Origin: Podarcis vaucheri
Lineage: Eukaryota
Length of the DNA: 64,000 nt
Reading direction: 5' to 3' (one strand)
NCBI GenBank assembly: GCA_965113315.1
Contig: OZ220368.1
Shown here piece after piece: positions 38,801 through 52,679 of the stretch (positions within the stretch are counted from its first letter, which is position 1; every line of letters starts with the position of its first letter). Position numbers and translations under genes: made by a program. The notes under the pieces are model-generated. The model did not search any database. It had not been told where the DNA came from and worked only from the letters and a program-made list of their open reading frames with translations.

Positions 38801-40343
38801 TGGTCAGAAGGGGTGGTGGCAGGAACAGCTTCCACACTAAGGCTGTGGAGACTCCGACAGTATCCAGTGTTTGTTGACCTCATGCTGTGCCTGCCTCTGT
38901 AGCATCACTTTGGTAGTTTCTCTCTTCCAGTCTGGTTGCAAATACTCTTCAGATGTGCTGCAAATCAAACTGTAGTTCTCATTATGTAGAGGGGAAGAAC
39001 AGAGGCAAGGTGATCAATGGAGGCTCAGTTGTGTGCCTTACTAGCGAGTGGGAGGCAACCTCCCTTCTATCTAGTCTTTCCTTGGCTATTAAACTACACA
39101 TTGAGATCTTAAAATGTCAATAAAACAGGAACAGATGGGCTTAGAGATGCTACCGTCAATCCAGGCTGGATTATAATCTAGAAAGAATGCCTGGGAAGGT
39201 TAGAAAGGAGGTGGATTTCAACCTAACACCAGTATAGCATTCCTGGGTAATTGGCAGCTTCTTTGTGGGCAGAGTCCAGTGGGATGTGAAGCACAGCTGT
39301 CAATCAGCATTAGAACACTCTGGCAGAGCAGAACTAGTGAAGGTTGCTTACACAGCATCCCCAAGCATGCATACGGTTCTAGCTTCCACTAGGCCCCAAT
39401 CTTTCTCCTGCCTCTGGCATGACAATCAGTAATTAAGGCAGCTCCTTTCCCACCAATTGCAGGAATCTGCAGAAACCCTCTTCCAATTTACAAAGCAAAT
39501 CACAAGGACCAAACGAGAGTAGATGCCTCCCAAATATTTCCAGTATCATTCACACTATCATGACTTCTTTTCTCAGTAGAATTTGTCAGTTTTTTTGTTT
39601 TGTTTTCTGTAAACTCCTTTTAGATAAAGCAGAAGTGAGAAACTTGGTGATTTTGGAAGAAACCACATGGGGAAAACTATTGTAAAGGTCTATGGGTAAT
39701 GGTGTTCAAGGTTTATTTCAGCAGACTATCGAACATGAAATTCACTGTTATTCATCCCAGAGCATGGCATCCTATATGACTCACAAAAGAGGAAAATCCC
39801 CCAGGCTTCCCTACGGAATGGAGCATGCAGGGCAATCATTTGGCAGTTAAGGTGGAAAGTAAGTGACATATCCTGAGCCATCTCACAGCAGTGGAGGTGA
39901 TAAGAACACACCAGTAGAGACCAGCTCCACATTCTGGAAGGTGGGGAGGGGAGACGCAGGCAATACAACAAAGGGAGGTGGAGAAGTGTTAATAATTTAG
40001 CATGCATTAGCGTGCACCTTCCTTGCATCCAGAATAAATGTGCATGGATCAATCAACCTGCTTAGCTCAGATTAGAGCAGCTGCTTCTCGGATTTCATAA
40101 AAACACTCAGGTCATCTCACTAAAAGTCCTCCTCCCATCACTTTTCTACTTCCATCCTGGGAAACTCCAGGCACTAAGCAATTGCTAAAAGCTGGGCAGT
40201 TTTAACAACTATTAATTGATTACTGCACCAGAGCTAAGAAAAGTAAGGCCACTGGAAAATAGAAACAGAAGGAGTGCTAGAGTCACACTCAAAGTGAAAG
40301 GCACCAGCCAGCCAAAATTAATTTACAGTAAAAGATGAATTCC

Positions 40344-40374
<31 letters not shown>
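40344..40374. repeat. (TGT)n microsatellite
   Basis: Direct inspection. Confidence 0.95.
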
Positions 40375-41929
40375 AGCACTTTTGGACAGTAGGATCAATG
40401 GTGTGTTATTTTTAAAAATTCCTTAATAAGCAATTTGCTTTTGTCACTCGCAAAGCTTCAACTCTTTTCATAGTCTGACTTTAAAATCTCATACACAAAC
40501 CCCACTTCATCTTCTGCAAGTATTGCATCTGACCATGACGTGCTTAGGGATTTTAATCTGTGTCAAAAGTTGTTTCCAGATTCTGGAGTATTAATTAAAG
40601 TTCAACATTGTGAGTTTTGATTTTAGCTTTTAGCACTCTTAGTTGTGACAAAATGCCAGAACCGCCCAGAAACAAAGCCAAGGTAGTAACCATCATTGCA
40701 ATATAATTTTGACTTTCACAAAACATTTTATTCAAGATATCTTAATTTTGAGCAGGAGACTATGCAAATTGATCCCCTCCTTCAGGTAGCGAAACTGCTT
40801 TAATAAGCTATTCATGCCATAGACAAATGCCTTCTCTCTCAATTCTTTCATAATATAAATCTCATTTTCCTGACACCTGCACAAGTTTGCTACCTGGGTC
40901 AGCTTACATGTATGGTTTTGTTTCTGGCTTTGTGGGAACGCTGGGGTAAAAGCAATGCTGTTGGGAAACTAAACAATCCTTCCTCCTGTATTGTCCAGTG
41001 TCCATGGCTCTATCTTACTCTGCTTTATCACAACTGCTTCTGGAAGGTGGGCAAAAAATTATCAGATCTGAATAGCTCCTCCACCCCTTCTCATACTTGT
41101 CATTAGTGTTTTAAACAATATCTCCTGATGGAAAGGTAGTTCCTAGGGCCTCACAATCTACTGACAGAATCACTAGCAGGAGGGAGAAGACTGGAAGGGG
41201 AAAAAAGATGCATTTAGAGTCTAAACTCCTGTTCAAACAATGCCTCACTATTTATGTTCCCAATACATCCCTGAGTGCTGACATTTTATAGACAATTTCC
41301 AAAACAGGGCCTAGCCATTTTTGGATTATATTTCAGCTATAACTTTTAGAGCTAATTATTTGCGCTGACAACCCCATATAAAAGAGGATCTATCATTACA
41401 GCAGAGCAATGCCAAAGACCTATCACGGTTCGGCCTGGTGACACGCTAATAGCAAAGCAAGGGAGAGGCAGACTCTGCAGCTCTGGAATTTGCATTCATT
41501 CACTTCTGAAAATAACACAGCATTAAGGGGGGGAGAGAAAAGAGCTGCTATATCAAGATAAAACAACTCCTTAATAAATAACCTGGTAGCAATCGCAGAG
41601 CAATAATTAAATGCATGGGTGAACAGTACACAGTTGTAAGTAAAGCTGGGGGGGGGGGGGACGGACAAAAACTAAGATGCAATTATCAGTGCCAAACAAA
41701 TTATAAGGCTTGGAACATCCCACTGGAATATTTAGCATCTAACATATCTCTCCCCATTAAATGTTTGAGCTTTGGGACATTTCTGGTGGGCTGGGACCAA
41801 GCAACATCCTGGTCAAGGGCTGTTCCACATATGCCTTTTTCTCACAAGGGTGTTGGGAAACATGTACATCTGGGAATATAGTGTAAAAATAGTGCCTGTT
41901 TTCCACAGGCTAGTGGCTGTGGCTTTGAA

Positions 41930-42245
41930 ACAATAAAGAAAGAAAGACAACTGAAAAGCAGTTTGCTAGATGAAGTATTCTGATAGATTTTTAAACAGCA
42001 AAGTTTTATGGAAGCTTAACTGGATGGAATTGAAACCTAAAGGAATTAGAAATTTTATTTATTGATGCAGAATATGATATATTTTAATGAAACTGGAACA
42101 AAAAGTTGGATTTAAAATGAATTTTGAGCATATAAGTTGAGATATCATGCTGAATTATAGAGAAGTGTGTACATAACACTTGTGAATAACATTAATGATG
42201 TTTATGTATGGTTTGTAAAGTGTAACTAATAATAAAAATAAAACA
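41930..42245 (+). mobile_element. Probable L1 3' remnant
   Basis: AT-rich, decayed ORF2-end-like peptide (KQFAR*SILIDF*), GT-rich stretch, then AATAAA and an A-rich tail. Confidence 0.4.
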
Positions 42246-44069
42246 CACCCATTTGTGCACTGGAGAAAATGGAAGTCACACTCATGATTTTAATATGTGA
42301 TGGTGTAAGCATAATGCATGAAACAGCCCTAAGCGTATATCTGTCAATCAAGGCTACTTTTGCTATTGATATATGCTGGTGGTTCCACTGGAAGAAGGGA
42401 TTTAATTTGTTCAGGTTACTTGACCTTGGACATGAAAGTGCCAGGCAAACAGAATCTGTGCAGCTTCAGAACGTTTCACTATCTCTCAGCTTCAATTCCT
42501 GCCAGGATCACATGCAATGTTGCCCTAAACAAGCTTTGGTTTATGTCTGAAAACAAGAAAACTTTCTCCCCTTGTTAAGGGGAGCATATTCAGAGAACTA
42601 AAATGAAAACAAAAGCAACAGCTCTGGGACAACTGCAATGACAGCTCATGAAACAAGTTCTAATTCAAATTCTAATGAAGTTCACTTAGTATGGCTGTGT
42701 AGCAGTTCGAGGAGTCTTGGTTTAAGGGAATGTCTAAATAGCAGTGTCTCAGGCTTCATGTACTTTAGTGCTATTGTGCTAAACAAGAAGCACAAACAAC
42801 AGAAGAGTAACTTGGAAAAGTAGGTGCTTTTAAAGTACAGACTCCAACCAGAAGTCCTGGCATGCAGAATAGGGTAGTCACTGTCCTGTGATCATTACAG
42901 GTACACAGGAAAAAGTGTGGGAACATAAGGGATGCAATAGCGGAGCATCTGGACTGAGGGATGAACATTATCCCCCTTCAGAACGAATGCATAGACATTT
43001 CCTAACTCTCAATATCTACCATTCTCTATTAATTGGTCATTTTAGGGCCTATAAAGATATGGATTCTGGTTTTTTCATCAAAGGAATACTACCTTGGGTC
43101 AGAGAAAGTTGTTGATATATCTATAGGAATTGCTTCAGGTTATGGCACTGTGAAGTCCAGGCAACATCCTCCCTTAATTTCAATACTCAGCACCATTTTG
43201 AAAATACCTGACTTAGAACAGAAGTTGAACTTCAATGGAAATATTGGAGTAGCTTAAGCCACCTGCTAATTTTGATGTCTACCAATCACCTTTTGTCTAA
43301 TATCTTGGTGCAACACAGCACTGTCAATAAGAGAAAGGCAGGTAAGATAACGGCACACCTTCCTTTCTCTAGTACAATTGTTGCCCTTGCTGAGTGAGTC
43401 CTTGTCCAGGGAAGAATCAAGTCCCTGGGTTTCAGGTATACAGGTAACAATCCTATAAACAAAAATGATCCAGCATGAGAAAACGCTGCTTTTTCAATTA
43501 CGTCAGTGGTGCTTTGCGTGTATCATAAACACAGCATCTCAAATGCAAGTGTGATGTGGAATGAATTCAATGTGTTAAAAAGGCGGCTATGGTGCCTCTA
43601 TCAGTTGCTCCTTCCTCTTCCTACTCTATACCAAGCAGCTTACACTGTGAGCGAGGGGTGTCCACCCCGACCGAAACTTCAAATCAGTACTTTGCATTCC
43701 TCAACAAAAGGGAAACAGGAGTCAAAACAAAGTAACAGATTAAGGCAAAACCCACTCTGCTGCCTACTCTCTATGTACATGCACCCCATTCCCATCTCAA
43801 AACACGGAAATCTTTGGGATGGACTGCATGCAGATAAGGGTCTGTGCATTTTAAACATCAAGCGACAAAAGGCATGCAAGCAGTGTGGTCAATGCTGTCA
43901 GCAAGGACATAGCAATTAGGAAGCAGATTCAGGCCTGCTATGGCAGTGCCTGGCAGAGAGCCAGGGGCCATCAGACCCTCCCCTTGCAGGGCTGGCTCTC
44001 CATCCCCTACTGGAAAAGTCTCATCAGAGGTGGCATACTGTAGATGGATAAGAAGTGAAAAGGACCAAC

Positions 44070-44081
44070 CTTCTCGCGGAT
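44070..44081 (-). CDS. PTPRF: PTPRF mini-exon B (meB), 12 nt, DPRE, in the Ig2-Ig3 linker
   Basis: ctttcatctctcag|ATCCGCGAGAAG|gttggt, phase 1-1; gives YVR-DPRE-VRRV, matching the 4-aa xxRE meB of LAR-family phosphatases. Confidence 0.9.
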
Positions 44082-47000
44082 CTGAGAGATGAAAGTTTGT
44101 TTTGTTTGATGACATTGTGCGATGAAGATGAGAAGGGAATAAAAAAAGACAAGGAAAAACACAGAGAGTAAAAACAGGCCAAGCTGCATGTGTCTGCACA
44201 GCACTGAAACAACAAGACATGATGGTAGAGACCGGCCAGGACTACCCACTGTGCAACTGCGCACGCACACACACACAAACATTCCTGCCACAGAACACTG
44301 GATTCAGCTTCTCTTCCTCATCCAAATGCACACAACCAGACCCTCAGTATATAGGAGCACATGTCCCAGGAACACCAAGAGCCAAGTTGATTTTGGTAGG
44401 CTGCCCCCACTTCTGGCCAAGTATAGGCAAGAACAAGTGTGCACACACTCATGGACATACCCACCACATTTCAGACACCACAGGATTTTCAGTCAAGTGC
44501 CAAGCTCCGTTCCAACTGTACAGACAGTAGCGGAGGAACTTTAACCCCCATCTGCCTCTCTCACACAGCTCAGTATCTGCACACACGCCCCATCACTCCT
44601 CAACACAGAGGAAGCAGTCCTGGTGAACAATGGAAATTCTTTAAGCATGAAGAGCCTCTTTCTCCCTCTTTCCAAACAGAGCTAAAAGCAGCAGAGAAAC
44701 ATTAGTGCAGTGTAAACCAGTTGCTGTGTCAGGACCCCTGATGCACTGAACTGGGAAAGAAAGGAGGGCAAGAAGTCAAAGCAACGATCACCCCAAATCA
44801 GCAGGGCAATCCAGTACATTCCTGTTTTTGTTCCTGCAGGAGAGACAGTAAGAGGTTAGTTGTGTTTCCCTGAAGGGCATGGAAGACCTCGTTTCCTTTG
44901 CAGGAATGACCTTATAGCAGCTAATATCTGTGGTGAATCGCCTGAAATTGAACCCTTGCTGAGAGAATGCAGAGACTGTTCTGGTGGTTAGAAACTGCTT
45001 ATGAGTCACATTTTAAGGGTGGGAAAAGGCACGGCGGGTGTGTGGGGAGGACATTGCCTGTCAGCAGAACACACTCTCAATTAAAACCCTTAATGGGAAA
45101 GATATGCACTGTATGGTTGGTTCCATCAGTAATTCATTTGCAAGGATGAGAGAGGATGGGATTTCAGCTAGTTTTCATGATGTGCAGCCACCTACCTGCT
45201 CCTTAAACAGACTGCACCAAGAAGTACCATGGAAGCTAAGATATACTCCACAGTGCATATTCTCAGCACTGATACACAATAGATGTGGGGGAGGAAGGGG
45301 AAAGGAAGCACTGTACTCCTCTCTTTGCATAGAATCGAAGAGTATGTGCTCACTTGCTCAAGGACCAGAGTGAAGTGTGTTGCAGTAGCCATTAAGTACA
45401 GAAAGTGGAAATATAGTTTTAGTTCTGCTTACTCCTTTGTCACCACCCAGGAGTGAATGGAAAAAGTACTTTGTCTTTTCTGAGTGTGACAGGAGGATTG
45501 TACCACATTTGTAGTTCCACAGTTGTTTCAGGGGATGATGGGAAGATGGCAAAGGTTCCGCCTTTGGATATATAGTCAAATGATTGTTCATAAGATTCTA
45601 TTATTTGAACCTAATCTGTTGTATGAAGAGATTAGAATCCCAGCTATATAACCTTCCTATTAAAAAAAGGTTCAAATCTTCAGCAATTTGGGTGGGTTTG
45701 AATTTTGGCTCAGTTCCCCAGTGCAGACCTACATTTCTCAGTGAGGTGAGCAGACCTGTGTCTGGGGCTGTACCGCTTCAGAGTAGAGATAGGAGGATTA
45801 CATAAAGATTCACCAATAAGGAGCCAAAATATTAAGAATAATTCCTGTATGTTAGTAAATTAGTATTCTCTGAGAGAAGGCTAGGCTAGAATCTTTCCCT
45901 TTGACATTTAGTTTTCTAGGTGGAGGTGATATTTTTATAGGAAAAAGAGCATTGAATCATGCGAACCCCACTAGCGGTCTGAAATGTATCAGCCCAGATA
46001 CAGTTTTACTACCCCAGTGAAAAGTAGTTGCATAGAGGCAACTACTTTGCAAAATTACCAGCATTCCACAAAAAAGGAACTAACACTGAGGTAGGCAATA
46101 TGAAAAGAAGACTGTGCTATCTGAGGTGCACAGCAATGCTATACAATTCATCAGTACAAAGCCCAGGCCAGGCAAGCTGTAATGGTTTGCCCACATGTGT
46201 TTGTACTTTAGATTATAGTAAGCAAGGTTCACTTATGAAGCACACTAATACAAACAGATAACTTTCTAGCCCGTCAGTCAAGAATGATCTTGGGGCCTGT
46301 AATTTGTTACTAATTGCTGGATTATCTCTTAATCACTTCTTATACTAATGGATTATAGGAAATGAACATCTGCAGCTGAGTCTGCTCTGGAAAGACCCTG
46401 GATGGAAGCAGCTACACCTCATCTCATGTTGAAATTGTGCCTACTTTATCAGTAAATATGCCAACACCTAGTGAATTGGAACGCTCACTTTCTCCCCAGA
46501 GCCCTTCTCTTCATCCCTTATCTCTGGCACTGCAGGAAGCAAGTCCTCCTGCTCTTTTCCGAACACTGGGACTTAAAGGCATGACAGTAAGAAGTGCAGT
46601 AGTTTACATCTTCCATGGAAAGAGCAATATATGCAAAATATAACTGACACCACAACCTCAAGTTCTGCTATCACCTACAGGAGCCAAGAGAGGCCTTAAG
46701 TGTTCCATGTTTCATGGCCCCATCTGTCAGTAGTCTGACAGCAACTGCTAGTCTCACTTGATGAGGGGCAACAGCATCAAAATAACAAATGTGATATTGG
46801 ACAAGCAATCAGAAGGCACAATGCTGTTCCCAGTATTCCACAGAGAAACAGAAAGTAAATGAAGAGGTTGAGAAACTCCTACTAACCCTGATTACTTTGA
46901 TAATTTATGTAGAAACCTTATAGCACATTCTCCTATCCGCTGCAGAAGAGCCAAAGTGGTAACAGTTAGGGTGACTACTTGCACAATAACCCCCACCCAA

Positions 47001-47258
47001 AACAAGAAAATCCATCACCCCAAAAGAGGACAAGAGGGTACTGGTTTGCCTAAAAATTGTATATGCCAATTTGTAGGTATTGATGCCCATTTAGAAATAG
47101 CTGTTATAATTTAACTAACAATACAATGCATTTCATCATACTGGAGAAGTCTGTGACAAAGAAACTGGTGTGCTTGCTTAATATTTATTTTTAAGCACTC
47201 CTATTTAAAATATTTACATGTTAACTCTTACCAGCTAGTTGTGTATAGAACTGTAGCC

Positions 47259-47313
<55 letters not shown>
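47259..47313. repeat. (TTA)n microsatellite
   Basis: Direct inspection. Confidence 0.95.
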
Positions 47314-47484
47314 CCAGTTACACTTCTAACTTCTTTTTCCAGAAAAAGGGCAAGACATGCCTTATCACAGTGTAAAGTTGGTGTTTTTTTATCATAGCAC
47401 CTTTCTGCATAAGACTTATGAAGATTAACATTTTTTAAAAAGTCACAATGTGATCAGCTTTCTCGTACAGAAAGGTAGTAACAG

Positions 47485-47570
47485 TTCCATCTATTTGCTC
47501 AGAAGCAACTCCCACTGAATTCAGTGGGTCTTACTCCCATGTAAATAAGTGGGTACAGGATTGCAGCCTA
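47485..47570. repeat. Short interspersed repeat of about 90 bp (ctcagaag...ccact/gaattca/gtggg...ggattgcagcc)
   Basis: Related copies visible at about 54090-54170 and 61030-61117. Confidence 0.55.
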
Positions 47571-49749
47571 ACCAATCTCTGGTTTTGTGGGTCAACATTT
47601 TACTTTAATAGTTGATTCAATTAGCAATTTTATTGTTCATAAAAATAATTCCTTCAAAATTGCATTACTAACTGGGCTGACATAATCTGGATGACACAGT
47701 GATGGGTAACTCCTAGCTGATGCTCAATTTATTTTGGTTTTACAGCACTCAAGAACTCTTAAGCGATGGAAGCATATGTGGCTCAGAGAGCAAACTTTTT
47801 TATGTGCAGGAGGAGTATAACTAAACCAAATTATCCACCCTGGAGTTTATATCCACTGAAGCTGGTTGGGGAAAAACTGACGGAAAATGCAGAAGAGGCC
47901 AAGTGACAACCATTTCAACTTATAAGGTTGCTAGGAGAAAAAAACATTTTGGTAGGATGCCACAAGAGCTAATCCAACCATCTGAGATCCACAAGCCACA
48001 TTCAGCCTATGTACACCTACTCAGACCATTCCCCTGCTCACATGCATGCTATATTTTATTCATGGAAAGAATTATCTCCTTTTCTCACTGACTGTTTTTC
48101 CCCCATGTACACAAGATTAGTTGATGTAGGGAAGTGGTTAAAGGTGTGGTCTAAGAGAGAGGAAGTACCCAGTTCAAAGAGCTCAGCTAGGATTTGCTCC
48201 CAACAAGCAGGTCTCTCTCAGTTTCACATCCTAATTTGCAGTATGTGGATACTGATAGTGGTCTATTTTACAGAGTGTAAGGATTATTGAGAGGAGTTAT
48301 GAAAATGATATGAGCACTAAGGAAAAGTGCTCGGTTATTATACTTGCAGGTTATATTATAAACACAGAAAACTATATGGCATTGGAGGCGCCAGCTACAC
48401 AGATTACTGTGGCTTGCCATTTACTCTTCTCAGAGCTACACAGAGACCACACACTGTAGGATGCTTCTAACTCTTTGGATGCACATCTGAACAAGGGTAA
48501 GGGACAAGCTACATGTTATGTTGCAGCTATGGGTAACAAATCCCTGAATGGTTCCTCCTCCTCCCTTGCAAAGTGCTGATGCAAGGGGATGGAGTGCAAG
48601 GAGGGAGGAGGAGGAGTAAAGGGGAAGGAGTAAAAGTGATTCTTAACCTTCCTTTACCAGCCACTTTCCCTTGAAACTGCAACCCTCATCTTTTCGTTTA
48701 TGAGGTCCAAACCTGTGATTTCAAGGTTACCAGGAATCCAGAACCTTGGTTGGGATAAAAGCAGCTGTGTGTGTGCACACGCGCGCACACACACACATAT
48801 ACACCCCCACACAGGAACAGCAGTGGGAAAACTGAATACTCCATCCCCTGATGCAAACCAACCCTACCTCAGGACAGTTTGCAAGCAAGAAGGGGTCATC
48901 ATGGCTACAGTATTCCTTGCCTCTAGTGACATGAAACTTGTATGGTTTCAATAATATAACATGGGGATAATATTTGTGCATACATCCTGTTCTGTTTTCT
49001 CAAACAAGGGAAGTAGCCTCCTGCTTTGGCAATGGATTGGGAGCCAAAGGAATTGTGAAAGTCTTTCACTGGGCTGGTTAGGGTGTCTATTTTGTTCTAT
49101 AAAACGAAGCCGCCTGGACAAATATAGTCCGAGAAACAGTACATATGGCAAACCTCCACAGGGGACAATTTATGTAGTAACCTGTCTTTTATATACTATG
49201 GGGCTTTATCTCAATCCTGCAGCTTGGAGTCCAACCTTGTAAAGATTATACGCAATAAAAAGAGGCTTGTTTTGAAATTTATGCCTGAGAAATACAACAG
49301 TTAATAGAAAATGAGCCACACACACAGGGCTAGAAACATATCCTTACTAGAAGCTTGGCTTGTGTCACCTTATCTCCAGAGAGAGCCAGCCAGCCAGCCA
49401 GCTAGCTGAACAACCTGCTCTTCGCATCAAACCTGAGGTCACAGTTTACTGCACTCCTTAGAATCTAAGGGGAGTTCTCTAGCTAAATAAAGGAAGTCTC
49501 AACAAACAGGGAATCAGGCAGGTTTAAAGGTGAGGTTTCTTTGCCTTGGCAAGCTGTGTATTCAGGTGAAACATTAGCCTTCCTAAGCTTTTTCGGAAAG
49601 GCTTGACACAGAGAAAGATACTTGAAATAAAATGTGAAAGTGATTAAGAATGTCCAAAAATTTACACAACAATGTAAACATGAAATATGTTCAAACAAAC
49701 ACCCTCCCTTTACTCTGGGGAGATATGACATTATTTTTACTAGAGCTGA

Positions 49750-49751
<2 letters not shown>

Positions 49752-49786
<35 letters not shown>
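49752..49786. repeat. (AC)n microsatellite
   Basis: Direct inspection. Confidence 0.95.
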
Positions 49787-49789
<3 letters not shown>

Positions 49790-51119
49790 CAGGGTATATA
49801 AGGTCAATAATAAGCACATTATGTTTGAGAAATGGGCATTTCTGCTGCACAGATAAAGAGTTCAGAGACTATCTGAAACTTCAGCATCGTACAGATTTGT
49901 ATGTTGAAATTGTTCTGCAAGATGAAACGGCACCTGTAGAAAATGAGTGCTGAACACAATGAGAGTAACCGAGAGACCTAGAAGCAATCACACAGTAAGT
50001 CATTTTGGCTTCTCCTGGGAATAACTCTTCCTCAGCTTGGTTAAGGCAGCTCCCCTCCACCCCACAAATAAAAGGCGTGTGCATGAGTATTAGGAAGCAA
50101 TGATCAAGTGGGGAGACAGAGAGAGAGAAAAAAGAGAAAAGACAGAGGAAGGAATGAAGATGGAAACAGTATTTCTAAATGGGTAGTTATTGAGATCCAG
50201 GACCTAAGAAGGAATAAAATATGAGTTTAACTGCCAACCAGTCAAAGGCACCAAATTGACACTCTTCTTCTTTCCCACTGTTATGTAAGTAACAAACCAC
50301 ACCTCCAAGGGGTGTCTTACATTAATATCCCTGGCTAATACAAGGTCTGGCCAAGGAGAACACACATTGTCCCCATGTAAAACAGAACAGAAAACTCATC
50401 AGCTTTTAATGAAGTACCAAACTCTTTGCTCTCCAAACACAAAATTCTGTATCAAATTTAACGCAGTGAGTGAAAAGACTTTGAGATCTAGGAATAATAA
50501 CAAGTTAAGAAAACAGTCTGGCAAAGTGGCTTCGTGCAACAAACTGAAGCTGATTCTCAGAAGGAATGGAAGCTATTGTAATAGCTTCTGCAATAATCCC
50601 CGTTGCTGACAAGGTGTTGACCAAGAGAGCTTATGGAAACTAACATGCTATTCCAGAGTCAACATGATGCACCAACTCACCTGCAAGAGAACAAGTCAAG
50701 CTTATGAAATGAATGCTCAAAGCTTTATCTCATTAAAATAAATAAATAAATCCTCCCCAAAAAGGGTGGTGGTGAGAAAAAGAGAGACCCACTAATTTCA
50801 CAAAGCCCCCAAACACGCTTTTGTTTAACAAAATATACAAATAATTAAACATGAACTTCTGCCCCCTTTATGACAGTGTTTTAACCAGTCTGACCATTAA
50901 AGAAGCTCTGGCGAAAAAAATGAAATAAAGAAAAAATATTGTGGCAAGAATTGACTTTCCAAGGCTTGAACTCAATGACTGGTTGGGCATTTAGGTTTCA
51001 TCATTTACAATGCATCATAAAGGTAACCTCTCACTGCAACGTCTCATGGGTCATTAGAGAAGGTGTAGACATGGAAGAGAAGGTAGAAAGGGATGGAAGT
51101 TTGCCTTCTCCAACTTTAC

Positions 51120-51230
51120 CTCGCACATAAAGGTTGGCTGGAGCAGAGTAACGGGTCCCAGCACTGTTCGTGGCGACACATTCATATTTGCCTTGGTCTG
51201 ACTCTTCACTGTTCTCAATCTGTAGAGCTC
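51120..51230 (-). CDS. PTPRF: PTPRF exon, Ig2 C-terminal half ([37 protein letters not shown])
   Basis: 111 nt, phase 1-1; cacatag|GAGCTC ... GTGCGAG|gtaaag; translated by hand. Confidence 0.97.
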
Positions 51231-52679
51231 CTATGTGGAAAATAGAACACAGACAATATTGGTTATAATAATATATTTACAAAACATGTAAATTTTTGCT
51301 CTGTGTCCCTAACTTAGGACACAAAGGGTTTCTGGTAAATGTGTGGCATGGCACTTCTCAGAGGGTCCACCAAACACCACTTCCACTTGGTTGTTGCTAA
51401 AAAGCACCTGCTGTGTCCAGTTTTTATAGCTGCACAGGCAAACAGTTACTGACACCTTTTCAATTCACTTCTTATGGAACACATCCATTTCTACCAAGCA
51501 AAGAATTCAGGTTTATCCGTTGAAATATCACAACAAATACAATCTTCACACAACCAATTTGCATCTTGATGCACTACTCTCCTTCCTTTAATTATCAATT
51601 CGATTCTCTAAAATTAAACTTTCACTTCCCCATAAAGTATGAATAACAGAATCTTAGAAACCTACAAACCAAAAGGATTACAAGATTGTACCCTGAGAAG
51701 TCCTTTGCGTTTCTGCTTCTGAAGACTACTCCTTTCATTTATGATAAAGTCCTCAATACAGTCACCAATACAATTAATAAGTCAGCATCAGAAAATGGTA
51801 CAACTTGTGTTAAATCCAATTTAAACCTGAAATCAGCCCAACCAACATTAGGGACAAATACGGCTTGAATGGAATTCTTGTTCCTTATCTCGTCCATCAT
51901 AGATGAGTGCTGAACCCTGTCCAGTTGTTTCCTCTGGAAATCATTTAAAATGGGCTGCATCTAGCTTGTGGAGGAAGTAAGGATGACAATAGTGAAGGGG
52001 AAAATAAGCAAAGGGTGAATGTAGAAGTAGCCTTGATGCCACTTTGCCAGATCAGAACCTCCATACTTCCTGAGTAGCAAAGATTTTCTTGGTTCTTCCA
52101 GAAGTTGAGATTCCAGAGATGGCAGAAGAGGGCATTTGCTCAGAAACACATACACACCTGAACCAAGAGAAAAAGCATTAACCTGTCTGCTTGTCAGAGT
52201 CTGAACCCATTTCCATTTGCCAGAGAAAACAGCACTGTGAACAGAAGCCAAAATTGCTGTCTCCGCTCTTCCCACTTCAAGGAACGGAGGTCAAATTCAG
52301 TTTTCATATCATTGCAACAGAAGGAAAACTAATGTGAATCAACTGCTGCCACCTACATTATTTAGAAGGATAAATTGAGACTGTAGCCTAAGTCTATATG
52401 TCAGGGAGAGAAAAAATGAACCTCACTGAGCTTTGCTATGTAATAAAAATGATGTAGGGAGCCCTTCCTATTGTTATACTGGGGCTGGCAAGGGGCAGCC
52501 AGAAAAGCCTTCCTTCTGCCACTCTTAAGGTGTTTTCACATATAATACTAATAAGTTGGCTGTTCTTTAATACAGCAGCAGCAGCATTATCAGGTTTGTT
52601 TTTAATGTTTTGTAACCCAGACCAGGAAAACTTCATCTACTACTACTGCTGCTGCTACGTTGCTGCTGTTGTTAAATTT

